The notes: generated from the sequence alone by a model not told the origin. Shown: positions 1 to 8,485, counted from the stretch's first letter. The stretch is DNA of 30,359 nucleotides from a virus (IMGVR_UViG_3300042387_000654:1-30359), one strand, 5' to 3'. A program made the numbers and translations.

Positions 1-1720
1 TGCTTTGGGTTACAACGCACTAGATGCCAATACTACTGGAGATCAAAACGTTGCAGTAGGTCATAACTCATTGACAAGCAATACTACAGGAACATTAAAT
101 ACTGCAGTAGGTCAGTCATCATTGACTAACAATACTTTTGGTAGTAATAACATTGCCATAGGTCAAGCCGCAATGCAGTTGAATACAACTGGTGCTAGAA
201 ATATCGGCATTGGCGTTGCTGCTACACAAAAAAATACTATAGGAACCGACAATATTGGTATTGGGTATTTGGCTCTTCAAGAAAACACAACAGGTACTAG
301 CAACGTGGCAGTTGGTGCTTATGCACTAGATGCCAACACTACGGGAATCAACAATACCGCAATTGGACGGGTTTCGCTAACAGCCAATACAACTGGAGAT
401 TACAATACTGCAGTAGGTGCTGCTGCCCTTGAAGCCAACACCATAGGAAGATTTAATACCGCACTAGGTTATGGCGCTCTGGCCCTTAATACAACTGCTA
501 ATGAAAATACGGCAGTTGGTTATTTAGCACTACTTTCTAACACAACAGGCGCAGCCAACACAGCAGTTGGATCCTATGCTCTTGACGCCAATACAGTAGG
601 TTTCAACAATACTGCAGTTGGCTGGGCAGCACTTACAGTAAATACCACTGGTAGTTATAATACTGCTATCGGTCTAAATGCAATGCGAAATACAACAACT
701 GGTAGTTCAAATACTGCAATTGGCGAAGGCACATTAGTAAGTAACGCGACTGGTTCTGCGAATGTTGCCATCGGTAATGGTGCTTTGTATGAGTCAACTG
801 CTGATTACAATACAGCAGTAGGACACGAAGCATTACGATTTAACACAATTGGAACTCTTAATGCCGCTTTTGGAAAGAACGCACTTCGTGCCAATACAAC
901 TGGTAACTATAATACAGCAGTAGGTATGGACGCTCTTTATTCAAATACTATAGGTCAATATAATACTGCTGTTGGTAGACAAGCATTGCTTGGCAATACA
1001 ACTGGCAATGGCAATACCGCAATGGGATTAAATGCCCTTGATGCAAATACAACTGGTTCTAATAACGTTGCTTTCGGTCAGGATGCACTAGGAACACAAA
1101 CCACAGGTGTTAACAACACTGCAGTTGGAACATCTGCATTATTTTCTAATACAAGTGGCGAAAATGTTGCATTAGGTTATCAAACCCTATACGGCGCAAC
1201 TGCTAATCAAAATACTGGCGTGGGTCCTTACGCTGGAAGTTCATTAACAACTGGTGTAAACAACACAATGCTTGGTTATAACGCTCAAGCTTCATCTGCA
1301 ACCGTATCTAACACAATCACACTAGGCAATTCTTCTATTGCAACATTGCGTTGTCAGCAAACATCTATCACCGCTCTTTCAGATCAGCGTGATAAGTCAA
1401 ACGTATTAGAAATTCCAGTAGGTCTTGACTTTGTTGAAGATTTACGCCCAGTAACATTTACTTGGGATACACGCCCTGAGTATGATTCAGATGGCAATGT
1501 AATCCCTAACGCTAATGATGGCCTGCAAGAAGGTGGCTTTATTGCTCAGGAACTTCTTGCTACAGAAGAGAAGTTTGATACTCGTGACTGGACTCGTATC
1601 GTCAGCACAGACAATGAAGACCGTTTAGAAGCTGCTCCAAGTAAGTTAATCCCTATTTTGGTCAAGGCAATACAAGAACTTTCAGCAAAGGTCGCTGAAC
1701 TAGAAGCAAAGGTAAAATAA
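1..1720 (+). CDS. Tail fibre / receptor-binding protein (5'-truncated) with ~14-aa beta-roll repeats and C-terminal Peptidase S74-type intramolecular chaperone
   Basis: About 30 repeats of N-T-A-V-G-x-x-A-L-x-x-N-T-T-G; C-terminal 'SDQRDKSNV...LRPVTFTW...GFIAQEL...ILVKAIQELSAKVAELE' is typical of the S74 chaperone plus coiled coil; frame is open from the window edge. Confidence 0.85.
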   Translation, partial: ALGYNALDANTTGDQNVAVGHNSLTSNTTGTLNTAVGQSSLTNNTFGSNNIAIGQAAMQLNTTGARNIGIGVAATQKNTIGTDNIGIGYLALQENTTGTSNVAVGAYALDANTTGINNTAIGRVSLTANTTGDYNTAVGAAALEANTIGRFNTALGYGALALNTTANENTAVGYLALLSNTTGAANTAVGSYALDANTVGFNNTAVGWAALTVNTTGSYNTAIGLNAMRNTTTGSSNTAIGEGTLVSNATGSANVAIGNGALYESTADYNTAVGHEALRFNTIGTLNAAFGKNALRANTTGNYNTAVGMDALYSNTIGQYNTAVGRQALLGNTTGNGNTAMGLNALDANTTGSNNVAFGQDALGTQTTGVNNTAVGTSALFSNTSGENVALGYQTLYGATANQNTGVGPYAGSSLTTGVNNTMLGYNAQASSATVSNTITLGNSSIATLRCQQTSITALSDQRDKSNVLEIPVGLDFVEDLRPVTFTWDTRPEYDSDGNVIPNANDGLQEGGFIAQELLATEEKFDTRDWTRIVSTDNEDRLEAAPSKLIPILVKAIQELSAKVAELEAKVK

Positions 1721-1721
1721 T

Positions 1722-2018
1722 ATGACAGTAACAAAGACACTTACTAAGGCTACTCCTACAGTTGACCTTGCAGGCAAGGTTACAAAGTGGGACGTAGAGG
1801 TTGAATACACAAAGGATGACTACACAGCAAAGTTCACAAAGTTTGCTGAGGTAGATCCAACTAAGGCACCAGAGGCTTTTACAAAGGCAGAACTTTGGGG
1901 GCTTGCAGGAGAGGCGCATCTTGACGCAGTGTTCGATTCTATGTACGAATCAACCCACTCAACACAGGCTCCAGCTGAGTCCAAGGTAGACGGGTTTGAT
2001 GTAGACTCTCTTAAGTGA
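1722..2018 (+). CDS. Hypothetical acidic protein, possible tail fibre-associated protein
   Basis: 98-aa ORF starting 1 nt after the fibre stop, with a 4-nt overlap to the next gene. Confidence 0.7.
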   Translation: MTVTKTLTKATPTVDLAGKVTKWDVEVEYTKDDYTAKFTKFAEVDPTKAPEAFTKAELWGLAGEAHLDAVFDSMYESTHSTQAPAESKVDGFDVDSLK

Positions 2019-2668
2019 AGAGAGTACTAATCGCCACACCGTCTTACGACGGCACCGTAGATGTCTGGTATGCCAGCGCACTACACCAAACAACCATACT
2101 TGGACTACAGAATGAGATCTATTTTCATCCTGTGTTTATGTCCTACGATGCTCTGATACAGCGAAGCCGCAATGACCTTGTGGCTTTGGCTGTAGAGCAA
2201 GAGTTTGATGGCATCTTATGGATTGACGCAGATATGGAATGGCACCCACAGTGGGCGCTAGACCTGGTTGATTCAGGTAAAGATGTTATCGGACTACCAG
2301 TAATCAAAAAGTCAGCAACTGAAGAGTCATACAACATCAAGTGCAAGCCAGAAGATCTGGTAGCAAATAATGAAGGACTTATCAGCGTTGAATCAGTAGG
2401 CACAGGGTTTCTATACTGGAGCAAAGCTGCTTACACAAACCTTTGGGATAACAGCCAAGAGTATGTCCACAACGGACAAGACAAACGCTGGATTTTTGAG
2501 GTTAAGATTCAAGACGGTGACATCATCTCTGAGGATGTGCTCACCTGCCAGAAGTTAAAAGAAGCTGGCTTTGATATCTTGATTGACCCAAGCAAAACCT
2601 GTAACCACGTAGGAAAACTAAAGTTCCAGGGTAACTTCGCATCCTTTATGGAGCGAATAAAACAATAA
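2015..2668 (+). CDS. Glycosyltransferase, GT-A fold (GT2-like)
   Basis: N-terminal 'RVLIATPSY', 'RSRNDLV', DxD motif in 'ILWIDADM', 'VGTGF', 'SEDVLTC' and C-terminal 'HVG'. Confidence 0.8.
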   Translation: MKRVLIATPSYDGTVDVWYASALHQTTILGLQNEIYFHPVFMSYDALIQRSRNDLVALAVEQEFDGILWIDADMEWHPQWALDLVDSGKDVIGLPVIKKSATEESYNIKCKPEDLVANNEGLISVESVGTGFLYWSKAAYTNLWDNSQEYVHNGQDKRWIFEVKIQDGDIISEDVLTCQKLKEAGFDILIDPSKTCNHVGKLKFQGNFASFMERIKQ

Positions 2669-2673
2669 GTTAT

Positions 2674-2710
2674 AGACCTGAACACGTCTCTAAACTGTTC
2701 ATCTTTTTAT
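2674..2710 (+). other. Compact H-type RNA pseudoknot followed by U-tract (possible terminator or processing element)
   Basis: AGAC(2674-2677)/GTCT(2686-2689) and TGAACA(2679-2684)/TGTTCA(2696-2701) interleaved stems, then TCTTTTTAT; intergenic. Confidence 0.5.
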
Positions 2711-2733
2711 GCCACAAACAAAGGAGCAAGTAG

Positions 2734-4956
2734 ATGCCATACGGCGATGATATTACCGAGGGAATACCCTATTCATTATCTAACCCTGCTGGATCTACTA
2801 CCTACTCAGCTACAGGTGAAGCATACGATGTAGCTATTGGTGGATTACCGTTCTTCTTATTTAACTCTGACGATACACCTTATCGTCGTGTAACTGCACA
2901 GTATCGTAAGCAACAGATTGACCAGAGCCGTGAGCCTGGCGAGCAGACACTGACTGGTTGGTGGCTACGTAGCCAAAGTTCTTTCCACTATGGACAAGGC
3001 ATCAAGTTCTTTGAACCTATCCAAGAAGAATCACTCCGATTCCAGTACACAGAGTCTAAGGGTGTAGATGTATGGACCAAGGGACAGGCAACACTACTAA
3101 AGTCTTGCAACAACCAGCACGTTACTACTGGTGGTATTAGAACTGATGGTCGTCCGTGGCAGATGATGCGTTCTATCCAATGGGAAACTAGCGGCAATAT
3201 CTATAACGGTGTGCTTCTTGCAGATGAATACGATGTAGACAAGATATTCCCATCTATTACTGTATCTATCAGCAACAAGGCATTGACATCTAATGTAGCA
3301 ACCCTGACAACAACTGCAGCTCACGGTCTATCTACTGGTATGCAGATTACAATTACTGGTGTGGATGCTACCTTCAATGGTGAGTACCGCATTACAGGCG
3401 TTCCTACAACTACCACTTTTACCTATGCAAAGACAGCCAGCAACGTAGCATCTACTGCTGTATCTCCAGTAGGTACAGGCGTTGCAGAGATTATCCACTT
3501 CATTGACTATAACTCAGGCTCAGACTATCCAGTACACGCAATCTGTGATGATGGTGTCTATGCCTACTGGGTTACTAATGTACTAAATACCGGAACTCCA
3601 AGACTAAGAGTATATAAGAAGCTGCTATCTGATGACAGTTCTGTATCGCCTACCCTGATGATTAGCGATAACGGTATTACTGTAACCAACGCTGTTATGG
3701 AATACACCAAAGAGCGTATCGTTATGTGCGTCAACGATAAGATTTATGAATTTGCAACCAGCGCAACAGCACTTCCTACTGCTGTTTATTCACACAGAGA
3801 TCCAGATCATATCTTTACTAGCATTACCTCATCAGGTGCTGCTATCTATTTATCAGGCTACAGCGGTATCCAGTCCAACATCTACAAGTTTACGTTGATT
3901 ACAACTAGCGGTGCTACTGGCGGAACTATGCCAACACTGTCTTCTGCTATCACAGCAGCCGAGCTTCCAGTAGGTGAGATTGTATTTAAGATTGCTTACT
4001 ACCTAGGCAATATGTGTATTGGTACTAACCAAGGTGTACGTCTTGCAGATGTCAATGCACTAGATGGATCTATTACTTATGGTGCTTTGATCTTTGAATC
4101 AACACAACCAGTCTATGACTTTGGTTTCCGTGATAGATATATCTGGTGTGCCTCTGGTGTTGATGGTCAAGTAGGTGTAACTCGTGTAGATATGGGGCAA
4201 CCATTAGGTAACCTTCAGTTCCCTTATGCCTATGACTTATATGACCCAGCAGATACATTAGGTCACTACACAACAGCTTGTGCTTTCCTTGGTGATACCA
4301 ACCGCTTAGCATTTTGCAACGCTGGCAATGGAGTAGACGGTACTATCTACATTGAATCAGCATCTACCTTGCTAGCGCAAGGAACACTACGTACAGGATA
4401 CGTTCGATACAACACACTTGAATTAAAGATTTACAAGATGCTTCAGGCTCGCATTGATACCACTAATGGTGGACTATTGATTGACTCCATTGACTATGCA
4501 GATAATTTCTATCGCATCGGTACCTTTGCACAAGAGTCATTGGTTCCAGAGATTAACATTAACTATCCACAGCAATCTCAAGAGTATCTTGGCTTCCAGT
4601 TCACACTGACTCGCTCTACCACTAACACATCTAAGGGTCCATTGTTTACTGGCTACCAGATCAAGGCACTGCCTGCTATCCCACGTCAGCGACTTATCCA
4701 GTATCCACTGTCTTGCTTTGACCACGAATCAGATCACTTCGGCGTTGAGATTGGCTATGAAGGTTCTGCTTACTATCGTATGTCTCAGCTAGAATCTATT
4801 GAAAACGTGGGAGACACCATCCGCGTTGAAGACTTTAGAACTGGTGAGTCCTACATCGGACTTATCGAAGAGCTTGACTTCAGAAATGCTACCCCTTCAG
4901 ATAAGCGATTCTCCGGCTACGGTGGAACGCTCTTAGTAACCATTAGGACGGTCTAA
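2734..4956 (+). CDS. Virion tail structural protein (nozzle/tail-tubular-B-like, beta-rich) with inserted FCCH-like beta domain
   Basis: 740 aa, beta-rich, RBS AAGGAG; internal 'NVATLTTTAAHGLSTGMQITITGV...FNGEYRIT...TTFTY' module is typical of phage tail proteins; lies before the lysis genes. Confidence 0.6.
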   Translation: MPYGDDITEGIPYSLSNPAGSTTYSATGEAYDVAIGGLPFFLFNSDDTPYRRVTAQYRKQQIDQSREPGEQTLTGWWLRSQSSFHYGQGIKFFEPIQEESLRFQYTESKGVDVWTKGQATLLKSCNNQHVTTGGIRTDGRPWQMMRSIQWETSGNIYNGVLLADEYDVDKIFPSITVSISNKALTSNVATLTTTAAHGLSTGMQITITGVDATFNGEYRITGVPTTTTFTYAKTASNVASTAVSPVGTGVAEIIHFIDYNSGSDYPVHAICDDGVYAYWVTNVLNTGTPRLRVYKKLLSDDSSVSPTLMISDNGITVTNAVMEYTKERIVMCVNDKIYEFATSATALPTAVYSHRDPDHIFTSITSSGAAIYLSGYSGIQSNIYKFTLITTSGATGGTMPTLSSAITAAELPVGEIVFKIAYYLGNMCIGTNQGVRLADVNALDGSITYGALIFESTQPVYDFGFRDRYIWCASGVDGQVGVTRVDMGQPLGNLQFPYAYDLYDPADTLGHYTTACAFLGDTNRLAFCNAGNGVDGTIYIESASTLLAQGTLRTGYVRYNTLELKIYKMLQARIDTTNGGLLIDSIDYADNFYRIGTFAQESLVPEININYPQQSQEYLGFQFTLTRSTTNTSKGPLFTGYQIKALPAIPRQRLIQYPLSCFDHESDHFGVEIGYEGSAYYRMSQLESIENVGDTIRVEDFRTGESYIGLIEELDFRNATPSDKRFSGYGGTLLVTIRTV

Positions 4957-5150
4957 TGCAGGCACAAGACTACGCAACAGTAGCTGTTGCAGTATGCACA
5001 ATAGTAGGTGGCTTCGGCGCAGCAGTGCGTTGGATGGTTAAGCACTACCTTAATGAACTCAAGCCTAATGGTGGTTCATCACTAAAAGATTCAGTCACAA
5101 GATTAGAAGAACGCATAGACGACCTGTACCGATTGGTTGCAGAGAAATGA
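4956..5150 (+). CDS. Small membrane protein (holin-like/lysis accessory)
   Basis: One N-terminal TM helix, then 'ELKPNGGSSLKD' and a short coiled coil; directly upstream of the endolysin. Confidence 0.6.
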   Translation: MQAQDYATVAVAVCTIVGGFGAAVRWMVKHYLNELKPNGGSSLKDSVTRLEERIDDLYRLVAEK

Positions 5151-5156
5151 GTAACA

Positions 5157-5630
5157 ATGAAACCTGTTGCAAAGAAAGCCACACCTGCCGCTATTGCTGT
5201 CCTTCGACAAGCCACAGCACTCAAGCCATTACGCAAGAAAGCCTCGGATGGACTACTACCAAGCAAGGCACACATCCATCAGAATCCTAATTCAGATCAC
5301 AATACTGGATTCGGTGTAGACCTAACCCACGATAAGTTGGGTGGCATTGATTGTTTCCAAATATTTGAAGAACTAAAAGTAGACAAGCGTGTTAAGTATC
5401 TTATTTTCCAAGGCAAGATCTGGTCATCAGAGCGTGCCTCAGAAGGGGACCGTGAATACACAGGTTCCAATAAGCACAACAAGCATCTTCACATCTCAAT
5501 CAAAGAAGGGTGTGGAGACGACACTTCCCCTTGGTTCCCTTGGATGGGCAAGCCAAAGGCTGTCGCAAAAGTTAAGGCAGCAGTTAAGCCTTTACCAAAG
5601 AAGAAAGAACCAACAAGTCCAAAGGAGTAA
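5157..5630 (+). CDS. Putative endolysin (Zn-peptidase, M15/Hedgehog-like fold)
   Basis: 'SDHNTGFGVD' H-x6-D and 'HNKHLHIS' HxH metal ligands; Lys-rich C-terminal tail; flanked by small membrane genes. Confidence 0.65.
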   Translation: MKPVAKKATPAAIAVLRQATALKPLRKKASDGLLPSKAHIHQNPNSDHNTGFGVDLTHDKLGGIDCFQIFEELKVDKRVKYLIFQGKIWSSERASEGDREYTGSNKHNKHLHISIKEGCGDDTSPWFPWMGKPKAVAKVKAAVKPLPKKKEPTSPKE

Positions 5631-5632
5631 CA

Positions 5633-5824
5633 ATGGATAAGAACAAGTTAAAGGCAATGGCAGCTACGTACCTACGTGCTGGTATTGCATCAGTAATCGC
5701 TTTGTACCTTGCAGGCGTAACAGATCCAAAGGCTTTAGCATCAGCAGCACTAGCTGCTATTGCAGGTCCAGTGCTTAAGGCGCTAGATCCAAAAGCTGCA
5801 GAGTTTGGTCGTGGGTCTAAGTAA
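5633..5824 (+). CDS. Putative holin
   Basis: 63 aa with two hydrophobic segments, C-terminal 'LKALDPK..EFGRG', RBS AAGGAG; follows the endolysin. Confidence 0.65.
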   Translation: MDKNKLKAMAATYLRAGIASVIALYLAGVTDPKALASAALAAIAGPVLKALDPKAAEFGRGSK

Positions 5825-5844
5825 CCCATAGCGCGAGGCAAACA

Positions 5845-5881
5845 GGAGGTCGGTCCCTACGGGGACCGGCCTTCTTTTTTT
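5845..5881 (+). terminator. Rho-independent terminator ending the tail/lysis operon
   Basis: 13-bp stem GGAGGTCGGTCCC / GGGACCGGCCTTC with C(TACG)G tetraloop, followed by T7. Confidence 0.9.
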
Positions 5882-6009
5882 ATGCCACAAAATTAAAACG
5901 GGCGGTTAGGTAAGGGATCCACCTTTCCAAGTTAGCTTCGCCTAGAATCCACTAACGATGTTGTTTATACCCGTAACCGCCCTATCCAATATGTACTGTA
6001 TTGGAATAC

Positions 6010-6360
6010 TTAAAAGATACCAGAGTTACTATCACCTGACAAGTGAGTCTTTAATCTGTGACAGTTAGCGCAAAGAGTTTGTAGATTGTGTGGCTCATTA
6101 TTCCACCGGTCACCGTCTTTGTGGTCAACGTCGAGCTGACTGATGTGTACTGGTATGAACCCACACTGTTGACATTCTGTGCCTTTGTACTTGGCGTATG
6201 GATAGACGCTGTTGTTATAGGTTCGCTTCCATACTGTGCGACAGCGGTACCTACTAGAAAGCTGGTTCTTCTTATCTCGTAGCTTGATCTTAGTTGGACC
6301 ACAGACAGAGCAGACGGCAGTGCGTTCTGCCTCGTTATGGTCAGTTAGTTTGTGGTGCAT
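6010..6360 (-). CDS. HNH endonuclease with N-terminal Zn-binding segment
   Basis: 'CQQCG...LDVDHKDGDRWNNEPHNLQTLCANCHRLKT' is a canonical HNH motif with CxxC pairs. Confidence 0.9.
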   Translation of the reverse strand: MHHKLTDHNEAERTAVCSVCGPTKIKLRDKKNQLSSRYRCRTVWKRTYNNSVYPYAKYKGTECQQCGFIPVHISQLDVDHKDGDRWNNEPHNLQTLCANCHRLKTHLSGDSNSGIF

Positions 6361-6655
6361 CTTTATCTACTGGACAGGGTACGACTACCAGATTCCCGCA
6401 GTTAACACAGGTTGCATCAAGGAAGTACCAGGTTAATTCGTAGTCTTCAAAGGAGGCCATAACGGCAAAGACTTGAGACCCACACGGACACACGTGAAGT
6501 GGTCCTAAACCCCGCAGATCGGTCCCAAAAGGCTCAGGAAGGGTATGTCTGCGCCATCTAAACGATGGCAGGGTTGGTAGACGGAACCGCAAGGTTACTG
6601 TACGGTTGGTACCACTGCGCCCTTTGAGGGCGCCCGTCTGTTTAATTCGCCTCAC
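6341..6655 (-). CDS. Hypothetical Zn-ribbon protein (start uncertain)
   Basis: 'CPCGS...CVNCG...PCP' cysteines; the GTG at 6655 lies 7 nt behind a TACAAT box. Confidence 0.6.
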   Translation of the reverse strand: MRRIKQTGALKGRSGTNRTVTLRFRLPTLPSFRWRRHTLPEPFGTDLRGLGPLHVCPCGSQVFAVMASFEDYELTWYFLDATCVNCGNLVVVPCPVDKDAPQTN

Positions 6656-6725
6656 GGCTCATATTGTAACGCCCAGTATGTGTCGCTATGCGACGACACG
6701 CCGATGACTGGTATGCTCTCTAGTA
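6655..6725. promoter_or_regulatory. Divergent pair of leaderless promoters with inverted GACAC boxes
   Basis: Plus strand: TGnTATGCT (6709-6717) 7 nt before ATG 6725. Minus strand: TACAAT (6668-6663) 7 nt before GTG 6655. Inverted repeat GTGTCG(6680-6685)..CGACAC(6694-6699) lies between them. Confidence 0.65.
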
Positions 6726-7282
6726 TGACAACAATCGCAGCTCTTGAAGGTATTGATTACGCTGTTCTAGTAGCTGACTCACAGATTACCGAGGACAACC
6801 TAGTAACGTTAGCAACGAGTACGCCGAAGATTCTTGAAGTAGGTAAGTATCTCATCGGTATCTCAGGTGATACAAGACCTGGTGACATCCTTGCTTACAA
6901 CTGGAAGCCACCTGTATACAAGGGTGAAGAGCCAGCACAATTTATGGGTAAGAAGATTATCCCAAGCATTATCACAGCTTTCAATGACAACAACTACGAC
7001 TACAACAAGGTGGACAAAGATGGTGGCTTCGATTATCTCATTGCTTTTAACGGCAACATCTTTCGGATTGCTTGTGATCTCTCTTTTTTCCAAGCAAATC
7101 ACGGAGCGTATGGCATTGGTAGTGGGGGTCAGCTTGCTCTTGGCTACCTGTATTCAATTGTCAAACCTGATATGGAGTTAGCCTACGCAAAGAGACACGC
7201 CCGTAAAGCCGTAGAGATTGCGTCGGTCCTTGACGCTAATACTGGTAAGCCAATACAGTTGGTGGTACAGGAAAGGTTATGA
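6725..7282 (+). CDS. Proteasome beta-subunit / HslV-like Ntn (Thr) protease
   Basis: Begins M-TTIAA (Thr1 nucleophile); 'ADSQIT' (Asp17), 'PKI' (Lys33 equivalent), 'GIGSGG', 'D..TG' C-terminal motif; start placed at 6725 rather than 6680. Confidence 0.85.
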   Translation: MTTIAALEGIDYAVLVADSQITEDNLVTLATSTPKILEVGKYLIGISGDTRPGDILAYNWKPPVYKGEEPAQFMGKKIIPSIITAFNDNNYDYNKVDKDGGFDYLIAFNGNIFRIACDLSFFQANHGAYGIGSGGQLALGYLYSIVKPDMELAYAKRHARKAVEIASVLDANTGKPIQLVVQERL

Positions 7283-7386
7283 AGAAACTATTTAGAAAAC
7301 TTCGTTGCTGGATATGGGGACATATCATCTTTGTAGATGGAGCAAGTGCTGAGGCAACTTGTACAGAATGTGGGGAGGAGTTCTGA
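7279..7386 (+). CDS. 35-aa Zn-finger micro-protein (DUF1660-like)
   Basis: MKKLFRKLRCWIWGHIIFVDGASAEATCTECGEEF; C-x3-GH...CxxC; overlaps both neighbours at start and stop codons. Confidence 0.65.
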   Translation: MKKLFRKLRCWIWGHIIFVDGASAEATCTECGEEF

Positions 7387-7547
7387 TGGAGTTTAATACA
7401 TACGAATATGTAGAACCAGAGTTCAGAGAAGTTACAGCAACAACTGAATACGCTGCACATTACTGGTTTGAGCAGGGATGGAAAGCGTGTAGACTTGCTT
7501 TCTTGTTACATAAACAAGCAGACGAAGCTGGAGCATTTAGAGTATGA
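7386..7547 (+). CDS. Hypothetical protein
   Basis: ATG at 7386 after GGAGGAG; TGATG and ATGA coupling to neighbours. Confidence 0.65.
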   Translation: MEFNTYEYVEPEFREVTATTEYAAHYWFEQGWKACRLAFLLHKQADEAGAFRV

Positions 7548-8485
7548 CAGACCCAAAGGAACTACTGCTCACTGCACTACGTGCAGGTGATGCTAAGCGT
7601 TCACGATCTACACAAGTACAGATTGGTCCATCAGAGGTAGGTGGCTGTCGCCGTAAGGTGTGGTACCGACTTAACGATCAACCTGAAACTAATGACAACG
7701 AGCTAAAGTTAGCTGCGATTATGGGTACTGCTATCCACGCAGAAATTGAACGAGCACTAGCAGATAATCCAGATGTAATGATTGAAACATCTGTTGAATA
7801 CAACGGAATGAAAGCACACATTGACTGTTTCGTACCAGGTACTGGTGATGTGATTGACTGGAAGACAAGCAAGGTCCGGAACCTTTCTTACTTTCCAACC
7901 AATCAGCAACGGTGGCAGGTACAGTTATACGGCTACCTCCTAGCTAACAACGGCTATGCGGTCAACCGAGTGTCACTGGTAGCAATTGCCAGGGACGGGG
8001 ACGAAAGAGATGTCAAGGTTCATACCGAAGACTACGATGAGTCCATTGCACTAGAAGCACTCGGTTGGCTAGCGGCTGTTAAGGAAGCAAAGGAAGCACC
8101 AGCACCAGAAAAAGATGCAAGTTACTGTCAACATTATTGTAAGTTCTTTGACGCATCAGGTGAGATGGGATGCGTTGGTCTAAAAAAAGAACGTACGTCA
8201 GTCAGTGAAGTAATCATTGCTGACGAAGATATTGACAAGAACGCACTGTTATATCTACAGTTAGCAGCACAGATTAAAGAGTTAGAAACACAACAGGATT
8301 CTTTGAAGGCATCCTTCGAAGGAGTAATGGGTACTACTAATTCAGGTATCGAATTAAGTTGGACAACTGTTAAAGGACGTGAGTCAGTTGACAGTGACGA
8401 GGTAGAAAAACTATTAGGGTTTGTCCCTAAGAAGGTAGGAGCTGAGAGTCAGCGACTATCAATCAAGCAAAGTGGAGGCAAGTAA
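7544..8485 (+). CDS. Cas4/RecB-like PD-(D/E)xK exonuclease
   Basis: 'IGPSEVGGCRRKVWY', 'GTAIH', 'HID...VIDWKT', 'QVQLYG', C-terminal 'CQHYCKF...C' cysteine cluster. Confidence 0.85.
   Translation: MTDPKELLLTALRAGDAKRSRSTQVQIGPSEVGGCRRKVWYRLNDQPETNDNELKLAAIMGTAIHAEIERALADNPDVMIETSVEYNGMKAHIDCFVPGTGDVIDWKTSKVRNLSYFPTNQQRWQVQLYGYLLANNGYAVNRVSLVAIARDGDERDVKVHTEDYDESIALEALGWLAAVKEAKEAPAPEKDASYCQHYCKFFDASGEMGCVGLKKERTSVSEVIIADEDIDKNALLYLQLAAQIKELETQQDSLKASFEGVMGTTNSGIELSWTTVKGRESVDSDEVEKLLGFVPKKVGAESQRLSIKQSGGK

Noticed and set aside
1-1300. ~42-nt periodicity resembling a CRISPR or tandem DNA array
   Set aside because: The repeats are conserved at protein level with synonymous divergence inside one open frame; there is no constant repeat/spacer structure.
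6680-6724. Longer N-terminus for the protease given by the ORF track
   Set aside because: It overlaps the promoter elements, and Ntn chemistry plus the -10 spacing favour ATG 6725.
7544-8485. Cas4-like gene as evidence of a CRISPR system
   Set aside because: No array or other cas genes are present; solo Cas4-like exonucleases are common in phage replication modules.
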